A DNA stretch of 64,000 bases from Fimbriimonadia bacterium (GTDB lineage: Bacteria; Armatimonadota; Fimbriimonadia; Fimbriimonadales; JABRVX01): assembly GCA_041483895.1 (NCBI GenBank), contig JBGPGO010000001.1:297638-361637 (forward strand), in the 5' to 3' direction. Position numbers and translations under genes: made by a program. The notes under the pieces are model-generated. The model saw only the letters and a program-made list of their open reading frames with translations. It ran no database searches and had not been told where the DNA came from. Shown one piece after another: positions 16,457-25,028 of the stretch (the first letter of the stretch is position 1; the number at the start of each line of letters is the position of its first letter).

Positions 16457-18685
16457 TTACTTGCCTAGGAGTCCAGATAGTTCCCCGGCGCTCAGAGATT
16501 CCGATCCCTGTTCTCCAATTTGCACCGCACCGCCAGGCAGTTGGACGATGAGCGATTCTCCCAACTTGCTGTAGTCTTTGAACTTCTTCCACGCTTCGAT
16601 CAGCTTGATGTGAGCATCGCTGAACGCCTTGATCTTGGTGACCTTGGCTTCCTTTTTGAACGCGGCATCGGTCCATACGCCATTGACCCAATAGAAGGTC
16701 TTGTCTCCGGCGATTCGCATCAGGGCCTGTGCCTCACGTCCCGGGGGCGCGGCGCCCCTATATGTGCCTTGGGGGAAGCCTCCACTGCCGCCGCCCGTTC
16801 CGCCGCCGCCCAAACTTTTCAGCTTGCCGGCCTCAGCTGCTCCGTCCGATTGCCCGAATTGGATGAATGCACCGTTCAAATCGTCGTTCAATTCGCCGCT
16901 GGCGTGCCCTGCTCTGCCATAATAATCCATCGGCATCTGGTGCTCAGTAATCAAAAACGAAGTCAATTGCGTAACGATCCCGAACTCCAGCGACAGCCGA
17001 ACGATCTCATCCCGCAGTTCTTTCGTGTCCCTGCCGTCCAAGCGGAACTCGTCCATCAAGTAGCCGATCTTGCGCGCTGCCCAGACACGGGGGATGTAAT
17101 CGTCCCTATCCTGCCTGCCGGACAGGTCCACGTCGATGAAGGTCCGATCCTGCCCACGCGCCGCCGCGCCGGTGACGGTAATCCTGCCGTGTCCGTCGCC
17201 GCGATACCGCCCGGCAATGACAAGCGCGCTGCCTCGGAACAGGTCCCTGGGCTCCTTGGGGAACACGTCGTACACGTCCATCCCGTCGTACTTGATCGAA
17301 ATATTGCTGAGGGCCGGGACGCTGACCTTCTCGAAGAACCCTTCGACGATGGTGTCGATCTTGTCGCCTTCCAGCACATAGTTGCTGTCGCCGCGCGCAT
17401 CGAACGCAATGCGATCGAGCAGCTTGCTGTCCACATCGCTGCCGACCCCGAAGGAGTAGATGCGAATCCCGCCCGCCCGCTCGTTGAGGTCTGAGATGCC
17501 ACGGCGAATCCGCTGGGGATCGGTTTCGCCGACAGTGGGCAGTCCGTCTGTGAGGAAGATGATCGCCTGGAATTCATGGCCCTTTTCTTTCGGGAATGTG
17601 TTTATGCCCGCCTGCAGAGCCTCGTAAATGTTGGTTCCGCCTCGCGCGCTTATGTCATCGACAAAACGAATCGCCTTGCTCTTGTTCTGCTCGTCCGCTG
17701 AGACAAGGCCTTGGAACACTTTGTCCACGCCGTCGTTGAAGACGATGACCTGGAACCGGTCCATCGGACGGAGCCTGTCCACGCACTGGCGGAGCGCCTT
17801 TTTGGCCTGGATGATCTTATCGCCGTCCATGCTTCCTGTGCGGTCGAACACGAACACGATGCTCTTCGAAACTTCCGCCTCCTTGGAGTGGAGCTGCGGT
17901 GACAGCACCATCAGGAAGTAGCCGTCCGCTCCCGATCGATAGGGGAGGATGCTGAGCCCGAGCTCATCAGACCCTGACCGAATTAGCAGTTGGAAATCTT
18001 GCGGCTCGGAACGGCCTCCCGACTCCCACGAAACCACCGCATGCTTGGCGCTGGTCGTCCGCACGCTGATATCGGCGTGGCTGGGGGAATAGACAGTCTG
18101 GATCGGCTGCGAGGTCTCGATGTCGGCGTGCAAAGTTACGCGGGACGGAAGTTTCTGGGACCTGGCATCCAGGGACATGGGATAAGAGAAGCGGTATGCG
18201 CCGCCGTCTCTAGGCAGCACTTCACTGTATCGCAAAGAGATCTTCCGTTTGCCGTTCGGCGGGATCGGGAAGATCCGCAGGCGGACCAGCCTACTGCCGA
18301 GCATCTCGAGAAGCGCGGGGTCCCGCTGGCGGCGCACGATGCTTTCGTATATTCGCCGCGCCTCGTCCGCGGGCAGGATTTTGGCCTCCATCAGCTTGTC
18401 CCCGTCGGTCATAGTCAGGCGAGAGATGCTTGCCCCCGCAGGCACGGGGAAAAGATAGACCGCCTCGAGGGGATAAGGATTGGGATTGAAGAAAACCTGC
18501 TCGACCCGCGTTTCCGACGCGGCATCTTTGATATCCACGTTTATGGCATGCGAATCCAGAATGAAGCCACCCCAGGGCCGCTCTCGTATGGGCCAGTCAT
18601 CCGGCGGAACAAGGGTTCCCTGCCCAAACGCCGCTCCGGCTAAGCAAACGCACAACGACCAAAGAACTTGCTTCATTCGATCCAC
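16457..18685 (-). CDS. VIT domain + von Willebrand factor A domain secreted protein
   Basis: 742 aa with a signal peptide. The N-terminal VIT-like region reads VEQVFFNPNPYPLEAVYLFPVPAGASISRLTM. The vWA MIDAS motif is VFVFDRTGSM...GGTNI...IIFLTDG. Confidence 0.9.
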   Translation of the reverse strand: MDRMKQVLWSLCVCLAGAAFGQGTLVPPDDWPIRERPWGGFILDSHAINVDIKDAASETRVEQVFFNPNPYPLEAVYLFPVPAGASISRLTMTDGDKLMEAKILPADEARRIYESIVRRQRDPALLEMLGSRLVRLRIFPIPPNGKRKISLRYSEVLPRDGGAYRFSYPMSLDARSQKLPSRVTLHADIETSQPIQTVYSPSHADISVRTTSAKHAVVSWESGGRSEPQDFQLLIRSGSDELGLSILPYRSGADGYFLMVLSPQLHSKEAEVSKSIVFVFDRTGSMDGDKIIQAKKALRQCVDRLRPMDRFQVIVFNDGVDKVFQGLVSADEQNKSKAIRFVDDISARGGTNIYEALQAGINTFPKEKGHEFQAIIFLTDGLPTVGETDPQRIRRGISDLNERAGGIRIYSFGVGSDVDSKLLDRIAFDARGDSNYVLEGDKIDTIVEGFFEKVSVPALSNISIKYDGMDVYDVFPKEPRDLFRGSALVIAGRYRGDGHGRITVTGAAARGQDRTFIDVDLSGRQDRDDYIPRVWAARKIGYLMDEFRLDGRDTKELRDEIVRLSLEFGIVTQLTSFLITEHQMPMDYYGRAGHASGELNDDLNGAFIQFGQSDGAAEAGKLKSLGGGGTGGGSGGFPQGTYRGAAPPGREAQALMRIAGDKTFYWVNGVWTDAAFKKEAKVTKIKAFSDAHIKLIEAWKKFKDYSKLGESLIVQLPGGAVQIGEQGSESLSAGELSGLLGK

Positions 18686-18720
18686 CTCTCGAACTTAGAC
18701 GCATCCGGTCGGAGGAAAGG

Positions 18721-19155
18721 TTACGGCTTTTTGTCGGTAACCTCCACGGTCACCATCTTGGTGGTCCGCGGATAGGACTGCATCGCGAATGGATAAGTAA
18801 TGGCCTGGGTCACAATCGCGTCCTTGGGCGGCGCTTCGACGACCGCCGATATCACGATCGCACCGTTCTGTTCCTTCATGCCCGTAAACTTCACGGAATA
18901 GCCGCCCGTCCGCCGCATGCCGGCGTAGACAACAACAACCATGTTCTGGCCGAAATTCACGGAAGGCGCTTTCTCACCCCGGGCATGGCGCCGCCAGAGC
19001 TTGGTCCAGTCACCGGCATCCCGGATCACCATCGTCTCCGCCTTATGAATTCCGCTCTGAGCGCCCGTCAGTGAAAATGAGCTTGGTTCCACGTGCTTCC
19101 TTTGCCCGGCCGCCGGTGTGAGAAGCAGTACGATTGCAAAAACCAGAGAAGTCAT
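18721..19155 (-). CDS. PrcB-C-like (protease complex subunit PrcB family) secreted protein
   Basis: Trimmed to ATG 19155 (AGGGGGTG RBS; signal peptide MTSLVFAIVLLLTPAAG). The pattern DWTKLW...SVNFGQNMVVVVYAGMRRTGGYSV recalls the PrcB C-terminal domain. Confidence 0.55.
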   Translation of the reverse strand: MTSLVFAIVLLLTPAAGQRKHVEPSSFSLTGAQSGIHKAETMVIRDAGDWTKLWRRHARGEKAPSVNFGQNMVVVVYAGMRRTGGYSVKFTGMKEQNGAIVISAVVEAPPKDAIVTQAITYPFAMQSYPRTTKMVTVEVTDKKP

Positions 19156-19207
19156 GTTCGCACCCCCTATCATTGTAGACGTCGCGAGGTTTTGCTACAA
19201 TACCAAA

Positions 19208-20221
19208 ATGCTGCCCTTAATCCTCGCGATTTCGCTTGGTGCCGCGGATTTGCCCTTCACGGACTTCCCGATCGGCGCCTCTCTTCCCCCTGCCGCCACG
19301 AAGGACGGGTACGCCATCTATCGGATGGCGGGGTTCAATCTCCTGGAGCTGCCCGCGTTGGATTCGCAATCGGGCGCGATCAAGCTCGCCGTGGAAGCCC
19401 ATCTGTCCGTCATTTTGGCCTACCCGGACATCCACCGCTACAAAGAGACGCCGGCAGATTGGGTGAAGTTCGCTGAACAGTTCCCAAACGTCGTTGGATG
19501 GCGATTGCGGCCCGGCTCCAAGGCGGCGGCGGACTTGGCGAAGATTGACCCTGGACGGCTGATTTGCCCGGAGACGAGGCCACGGGCACCGTTTCTGTAT
19601 AAAGGTGGCATGGAGGCGGACGGCCGCGCGCCCGCCGGTCTTGGGGCCGTCGGGGGCGCATTCTGGGGCCTGGTGCAATCGGCGGGATACGACGGCTTCC
19701 GAACGCCGTCGGAAAGCGATCTGTTTTGGCAGGTGAATACGCTCCTGTCCAACAGCGCGAAGGGGCTTTGGTATCAAGCCTATATGGTGCCGAAAAGCGA
19801 CACTGACGAATATAAGCATTGGTATCGCGGTTGGGACGAGGCGCTCTACAACCCGGAGAACGACCAAACGATGCCATTGCATGCTTTCGTCGAACGCGTC
19901 AACGCAGAGGCGGCGATGATGGGGCGGGTTCTGATGAATGCCAGCCGAGCGGCAAGTCCATCCGTCCAAGTGGAATTGCCGGGTCGAGTTGTGGAGTTTT
20001 CGGGGAAGGATGGGAATCGGTATCTGCTGGTCATGAACGATCTTCATGGCGAAAAGGATGCCTGCGTAGACCTGGAGAGGGAAATCGCCGTCACGATCGA
20101 ACGGGGTGAGCGCTTGAACATGCAGAACAGCAAATGGGAGGCGGTCCAGGTCAAGAACGGCCATTGGACCGTTCGATTGGGTGGCGGATGCGGGGTACTA
20201 TTGCGTCTGCCCGCAAAATAG
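19208..20221 (+). CDS. secreted hypothetical protein
   Basis: Trimmed to ATG 19208 (signal-like MLPLILAISLGAADL). The codon bias is coherent. The antisense 315-aa ORF is Arg/Pro-rich junk. Confidence 0.6.
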   Translation: MLPLILAISLGAADLPFTDFPIGASLPPAATKDGYAIYRMAGFNLLELPALDSQSGAIKLAVEAHLSVILAYPDIHRYKETPADWVKFAEQFPNVVGWRLRPGSKAAADLAKIDPGRLICPETRPRAPFLYKGGMEADGRAPAGLGAVGGAFWGLVQSAGYDGFRTPSESDLFWQVNTLLSNSAKGLWYQAYMVPKSDTDEYKHWYRGWDEALYNPENDQTMPLHAFVERVNAEAAMMGRVLMNASRAASPSVQVELPGRVVEFSGKDGNRYLLVMNDLHGEKDACVDLEREIAVTIERGERLNMQNSKWEAVQVKNGHWTVRLGGGCGVLLRLPAK

Positions 20222-20304
20222 GCGGGTATTTATCGGCGCTCATGACACCTCTTTGAATCCACAGCGTCGAAGACATCAAACCACACACGGAGGCGAGCTT
20301 CTTT

Positions 20305-20652
20305 ATGAACAGAGGGATAATTGCCGCGGTAACAGCCGCAATTGCCGCCATCATTATCGCCCAAACCGCGCCGGAGGCCGGCAAACCGGCCAACGGCAAG
20401 AAGCTGTTCGAAAAGTTCGGTTGCATCGGTTGCCACATGGTCGGGAATAAAGGCGGCAAGACAGGCCCGCTCTTGAGCACCGTCGGCTCCAAGCACGACG
20501 CGGTCTGGTTTGACAAGAAGCTCACAAATCCAAAGGAATTCAATCCGAACTCCATCATGCCGGCCCTTAGCAACAAGGTCGCGAAGAAGGACAGGACCGA
20601 CCTCATCGCGTTTCTGGCTTCCCTCAAGGAACCCGCGCCGCGAAGCCGGTAG
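20305..20652 (+). CDS. membrane-anchored monoheme c-type cytochrome
   Basis: 115 aa with an N-terminal hydrophobic anchor. Heme motif CIGCH, with a distal Met candidate in NSIMPAL. Confidence 0.85.
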   Translation: MNRGIIAAVTAAIAAIIIAQTAPEAGKPANGKKLFEKFGCIGCHMVGNKGGKTGPLLSTVGSKHDAVWFDKKLTNPKEFNPNSIMPALSNKVAKKDRTDLIAFLASLKEPAPRSR

Positions 20653-20684
20653 CCGCACGCTTCAGCTTGCGATAACCCGATAGC

Positions 20685-21695
20685 CTATTGGGCGCCGACC
20701 TCGCCGAAGTAGATGAATGTCAGCGTTAAATCTAACAGATTGACCTGTCCACTGCCGTCCAGGTCGACCCAACCGCCATCCGTTGATGCGTAGTTGATAA
20801 AGACGCTGTTGACGTCCCTGATGTCGATCACATTGGTTCCGTCGGTATCCCCGTTGCGGCCCAAATCCCAATCCAACTGGGTTGCGGCGGACAGGGAAAC
20901 TCCGGTCTGCTTCTCCGAAAGCCAATGAGCCACTTTGAGAACAACATCGTGAGTGCCAATGTTCCTGGTTGAGAAGGTGTAGGAGCCATCGGCCGCCAAC
21001 GGCGCATCGATATGTTCGATGACATTGCCATTGTCCTTGATGTCGATGGAGGCGGTCAGACCGGCATCAGTCCCCTTGGACCAATACTCAAGATTCACTT
21101 TGCCGTTGACTGTGGCTACATCGCCGACCCACTCGCAGATGCACCGAATGACAAAGTCGCCAGCGATTCCGAACATGCAGCCGTTCGTCCAACCCCCAGG
21201 GATGGCATAGATCAGGTTCTTGCCCACCTGGCAACCATCCGTGTCGGTGACAAGGCTCGGACCTCCCGCTGCAATGTCGGGCGGATTGAGGAATTTGAGG
21301 CCAATGGAGAACGGTCCCTTGTTGACCACGATGTTCTCCGTCGTCACGTCAAATTCGTTGAGGTAGCCGTCATGCAGGACCGGACTGTCGAGCTGCTTGA
21401 GGAGGATGGGTTTTGGTGGATTCTCGTTACCGCCTGTGTAGACAAGAATGGAATCCTGCTCGACATCGGCTCCTTGCAGGCTGGCGGAAGCCCACATGAT
21501 CTGGATCCTCTTAATTCTTAGGGGGAAATAGCCGGCCGGCGGATTGAAAACCGCCCCGCCAATCTCGCCCGCGACAAACCCCAATTGAATGGCCACAGTA
21601 CCGCCATCGACCAAGCTGTCATTTTTCAGCTCGAACTCTTGGCCGTATCCGGACAAAGCCGGGCAAATGAATGAGATGAATAATAGCTTACGCAT
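20685..21695 (-). CDS. secreted protein with C-terminal dockerin-like Ca-binding repeat pair
   Basis: Trimmed to ATG 21695 (GAAGGAG RBS; signal peptide MRKLLFISFICPALSG). The C-terminus GDTDGTNVIDIRDVNSVFINY...DLDGSGQVNLLDLTLTFIYFG contains two EF-hand-like dockerin loops. Confidence 0.75.
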   Translation of the reverse strand: MRKLLFISFICPALSGYGQEFELKNDSLVDGGTVAIQLGFVAGEIGGAVFNPPAGYFPLRIKRIQIMWASASLQGADVEQDSILVYTGGNENPPKPILLKQLDSPVLHDGYLNEFDVTTENIVVNKGPFSIGLKFLNPPDIAAGGPSLVTDTDGCQVGKNLIYAIPGGWTNGCMFGIAGDFVIRCICEWVGDVATVNGKVNLEYWSKGTDAGLTASIDIKDNGNVIEHIDAPLAADGSYTFSTRNIGTHDVVLKVAHWLSEKQTGVSLSAATQLDWDLGRNGDTDGTNVIDIRDVNSVFINYASTDGGWVDLDGSGQVNLLDLTLTFIYFGEVGAQ

Positions 21696-21780
21696 AGAGG
21701 CTCCTTCACGCACACCATTAGTGTACAGCAACTTCTCTATTTTGGACAGTCCCCAAAGCCCCTAGGTTCCGATCCGGATG

Positions 21781-22749
21781 CTATTCTCCCTTATTTGGCG
21801 CCGGCGCCTGCGGCCGCATCATGCCCTTTGCCGCCGCCTGAAGCCCCATAATGCCGCCCAGACCCATTGTCTCCACCGCGGAGCTGGGCACCACGATGAG
21901 AGCGCCTTTCTCCTTCAGGCCCTCGTAAAGCATGTTCATCGCCCGCAGGTGCAGTGCCATCGGATTCTCCTCGTACATTTTGCCGGCTTCAATAAAACTG
22001 TCCGCGACTTGGCGCTCGGCATCGCCCAAAATGACGCGGGCTTGTCGCTCCCGCTCGGCCTGGGCCTGGCGGGACATGGCATCTTGCAATCCACTTGGGA
22101 TGGAGATGTCTCGCACCTCGACGCTTTGAACGGTGATGCCCCAGGGTTCGGTTTCCTTGTCAATCATGACCTGGAGGCGGTCCCCTATCTGCTTTCGGCC
22201 AACCAAAAGCTCGGAGAGCATGGTCTCGCCGATCACGTCGCGGAGGTTGGTTTGGGACTTATAGAAGATCGCGCGCTGGTAGTCGTTGACCTCCAGCACT
22301 GCCTTTTCCGCGTCCCACACGTGCCAGAACAGGACGGCATCGACATCCACCGGGACTGTGTCTTTGGTGAGTGTCTGCTCGGAGTTTATGGTTGTGGTTT
22401 GCACCCGCTGATCGACCCATTGCGTCACCTGATCGACGAACGGCATCACCCAGAAGATGCCTTGGGAGTGGGTCTTTTTGAATTTGCCAAATCGGAGTAC
22501 GACAGCCTTCTCCCAAGCCGACGCCACGCGGAGACCGCTTGTGAGGAAGAAAGCGAGAAAGGCGGTCAAGACCGCCGGCCATAAGCCAATCGGGTTAAAC
22601 ACCGTTCCCATCCCGGTAATAACGATGGCAAAGGCGGCAACGGTGGCCACGACGCCAAGAAAGCTGAAAACCACCTGGATCGGATGGGGAGTGTGCGACC
22701 CCGAGGGCGCCTGCATGAGCGCGCTGTACTGCTGTTTTTGTGTAATCAA
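21781..22749 (-). CDS. SPFH/band-7 (stomatin-like) membrane protein
   Basis: 322 aa with N-terminal TM segments. The typical stomatin core is VVLRFGKF...VDAVLFW...LRDVIG...ITVQSVEVRDISIP...AERERQA. Confidence 0.9.
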   Translation of the reverse strand: MITQKQQYSALMQAPSGSHTPHPIQVVFSFLGVVATVAAFAIVITGMGTVFNPIGLWPAVLTAFLAFFLTSGLRVASAWEKAVVLRFGKFKKTHSQGIFWVMPFVDQVTQWVDQRVQTTTINSEQTLTKDTVPVDVDAVLFWHVWDAEKAVLEVNDYQRAIFYKSQTNLRDVIGETMLSELLVGRKQIGDRLQVMIDKETEPWGITVQSVEVRDISIPSGLQDAMSRQAQAERERQARVILGDAERQVADSFIEAGKMYEENPMALHLRAMNMLYEGLKEKGALIVVPSSAVETMGLGGIMGLQAAAKGMMRPQAPAPNKGE

Positions 22750-23126
22750 CTCAATCCTCCATTTCCCAATTCGCGGATGACCGCGATCAAATCCTCTTGC
22801 GAATAGCCCAAAGACACGGCTTCCATGAGGGCCGTCTCGCCCACACCGATCAGTTGCCGCTTTTGCCGCTCCCCTGGCTTCTGTTTCGGCATGCCTCCGA
22901 CAAATGTCCCTACGCCCTGCCTGCTGACGATGTAGCCGGTCTGATCTAGCTCCCGAAACGCCCGCGCAACTGTATTTGCATTGATCTTGAGATCGATGGC
23001 AAATTGGCGGACCGTCGGGAGCCGCTCGCCAGTCTGCAGCCTACCTGTTAAAATGGCGAGGCGCAATTGATTGACGATCTGGGCATAGAGCGGCAGCGGT
23101 GCGTCGGGGCAGATTTCGATCTTCAT
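22746..23126 (-). CDS. GntR-family (short YtrA-like) transcriptional regulator
   Basis: 126 aa with winged HTH LPTVRQFAIDLKINANTVARAFRELDQTGYIVSRQGVGTFV. ATGA overlap with the SPFH gene. Confidence 0.9.
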   Translation of the reverse strand: MKIEICPDAPLPLYAQIVNQLRLAILTGRLQTGERLPTVRQFAIDLKINANTVARAFRELDQTGYIVSRQGVGTFVGGMPKQKPGERQKRQLIGVGETALMEAVSLGYSQEDLIAVIRELGNGGLS

Positions 23127-23229
23127 GGCTTTGTTCTACATAGGCAATACAATTTTCACGGCCGACAGGTTGCGATTGCGGGGTGGAGGTAAAATTCAGG
23201 TTGCAAATTCTGTTAGGAGAGACCTACCC

Positions 23230-24774
23230 ATGCTCACCCCATACCGCCCGGAACCCTATCCAGACTTCACTCAGCCCGAGCCGCAGGCCAAGATGCAGGA
23301 GGCGCTGGCGCTCGTCCAATCGCAGTTAGGAAAGGAATATCCGAACTGGATCGGCGGCCGCCAGGTCACCGCGTCGGAGAAGCTGCGATCGACCAACCCC
23401 GCAAAGCCGGACCAGCTGATCGGCATCTTCCCACGCATGGATGCGGATATGGCGACGCAGGCCGTGGAAGCGGCGGCGGCGGCCTATGAGACCTGGAGCC
23501 GGTTCCCTTACGACGCGCGGGCCAAGGTGCTTTTGAAGTGCGCCGCCATCATGCGCCGGCGGATTTACGAGTTGTCCGCGTGGATGGTGTTCGAGGCGAG
23601 CAAGTCGTTTGCGGAAGCCTTTGGGGATGCGGCGGAGGCGGTGGACTTTGCCGATTGGTATGGGAGGGAGATGTTGCGATTGGGCGGACCGCAGCCGGTA
23701 GTTCCCATTCAAGGCGAGGACAGCGAAATGCGATACGTCCCGCTCGGGGTGGGGGTGGTGATTTCGCCGTGGAACTTCCCGCTCGCGATCATGTCCGGCA
23801 TGTCGAATGCGGCCATCGTATGCGGCAACACCATTTGCGTGAAGCCTTCGGAGCAGACACCGACCATCGCCTACAAATACGTGGAGATTATGCATGATGC
23901 GGGCTGCCCGCCGGACGTTCTCAACTTCATCACCGGGCCGGGGCGAATCGTCGGCAACACCATGGTCAATCATCCGAAGACTCGCTTCATCGCGTTCACC
24001 GGATCGATGGAGGTGGGGCTGCAGATCAACGAGCAGGCCGCCAAGCCAAACCCGGAATGCAAGTGGATCAAGCGGACGATTTTGGAGATGGGAGGCAAGG
24101 ATTTTGTTGCCGTGGACGAGACGGCTGACGTTGAAGAGGCGGCGACCGCCATCGTCCAGTCCGCGTTTGGGTTCCAGGGACAGAAGTGCTCGGCGGGCTC
24201 GCGCGCGATCATTCACAAGGATGTGTATGACAGGGTGGTGTCGATGGCGGTGGAGAAGGCGAGCAGGCTGACGATGGGCGATCCGGCGACCGGCAAGACG
24301 CTGGGGGCGGTGATCGACCAGGGGGCATACGACAAGATTTGGGGCTACATCGAGATTGGCAAATCCGAGGGCAAACTGCTGCTTGGCGGAGAGAAGCCGG
24401 GAGGACCGGGTTATTTTATTCCGCCGACCATCTTTGGCGACGTGAGCCCGACGGCCCGGATTGCGCAGGAAGAGATTTTTGGACCGGTGCTTTCATGCAT
24501 CAAGGCCAACGATTTTGAGGACATTATCAAGATCGCGAATGGAACGATGTTCGGTCTGACCGGCGCTCTGTTTTCCAAGAGTCGGGAGAGGTTGGAGAGA
24601 GGGCGGAATGAGCTGTTTTGCGGAAACCTGTATTTGAATCGGAAGTGCACCGGGGCGTTGGTTGGTGTGCAGCCGTTTGGTGGGTTCAATATGTCCGGCA
24701 CGGACAGCAAGGCCGGCGGCCCGGACTACCTTCTGCTCTTCACCCAGGCCAAATCGATCAGCGAAAGGCTGTAG
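23230..24774 (+). CDS. pruA: L-glutamate gamma-semialdehyde (1-pyrroline-5-carboxylate) dehydrogenase
   Basis: Trimmed to ATG 23230 (TAGGAGAG RBS). Aldehyde dehydrogenase motifs are EMGGKD and catalytic FGFQGQKCSAGSR. The N-terminus and overall pattern are typical of PruA/RocA. Confidence 0.88.
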   Translation: MLTPYRPEPYPDFTQPEPQAKMQEALALVQSQLGKEYPNWIGGRQVTASEKLRSTNPAKPDQLIGIFPRMDADMATQAVEAAAAAYETWSRFPYDARAKVLLKCAAIMRRRIYELSAWMVFEASKSFAEAFGDAAEAVDFADWYGREMLRLGGPQPVVPIQGEDSEMRYVPLGVGVVISPWNFPLAIMSGMSNAAIVCGNTICVKPSEQTPTIAYKYVEIMHDAGCPPDVLNFITGPGRIVGNTMVNHPKTRFIAFTGSMEVGLQINEQAAKPNPECKWIKRTILEMGGKDFVAVDETADVEEAATAIVQSAFGFQGQKCSAGSRAIIHKDVYDRVVSMAVEKASRLTMGDPATGKTLGAVIDQGAYDKIWGYIEIGKSEGKLLLGGEKPGGPGYFIPPTIFGDVSPTARIAQEEIFGPVLSCIKANDFEDIIKIANGTMFGLTGALFSKSRERLERGRNELFCGNLYLNRKCTGALVGVQPFGGFNMSGTDSKAGGPDYLLLFTQAKSISERL

Positions 24775-24782
24775 TTTCGGGC

Positions 24783-24808
24783 CCCTTCACAATGGGAATT
24801 GTGAAGGG
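24783..24808 (+). terminator. hairpin 8 nt after pruA stop
   Basis: 11-bp perfect stem cccttcacaat / attgtgaaggg with GGGA loop. No clear U-tract follows. Confidence 0.4.
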
Positions 24809-24819
24809 AGATTCGCATG

Positions 24820-24983
24820 GTAGCCGCGGTTCCTCACAGCGATATCCGTTCGAGCGCATACCACAAGAACCGCGCAACCACGGCGCAATCGACGATATCA
24901 ACGCGCGTCATCATTTCCGACCGTGTTACGCAGATTTTGGCGGCAGCATGCGAAAGGGAATCAGAATGAGAATCTGCGGCTAC
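24820..24983. repeat. second copy (164 bp) of the MITE/REP-like element
   Basis: The left end gtagccgcggttcctca is identical to 8063..8079. The right end atgagaatctgcggctac is a degenerate version of atgaggaaccgcggctac. The internal ttcgagcgcataccacaagaaccg resembles the reverse complement of 8173..8197. Confidence 0.55.
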
Positions 24984-25028
24984 AGAGTGACTCGTCCCGA
25001 AGGGCGGGATCGGCGGGGCGGAACGGCA

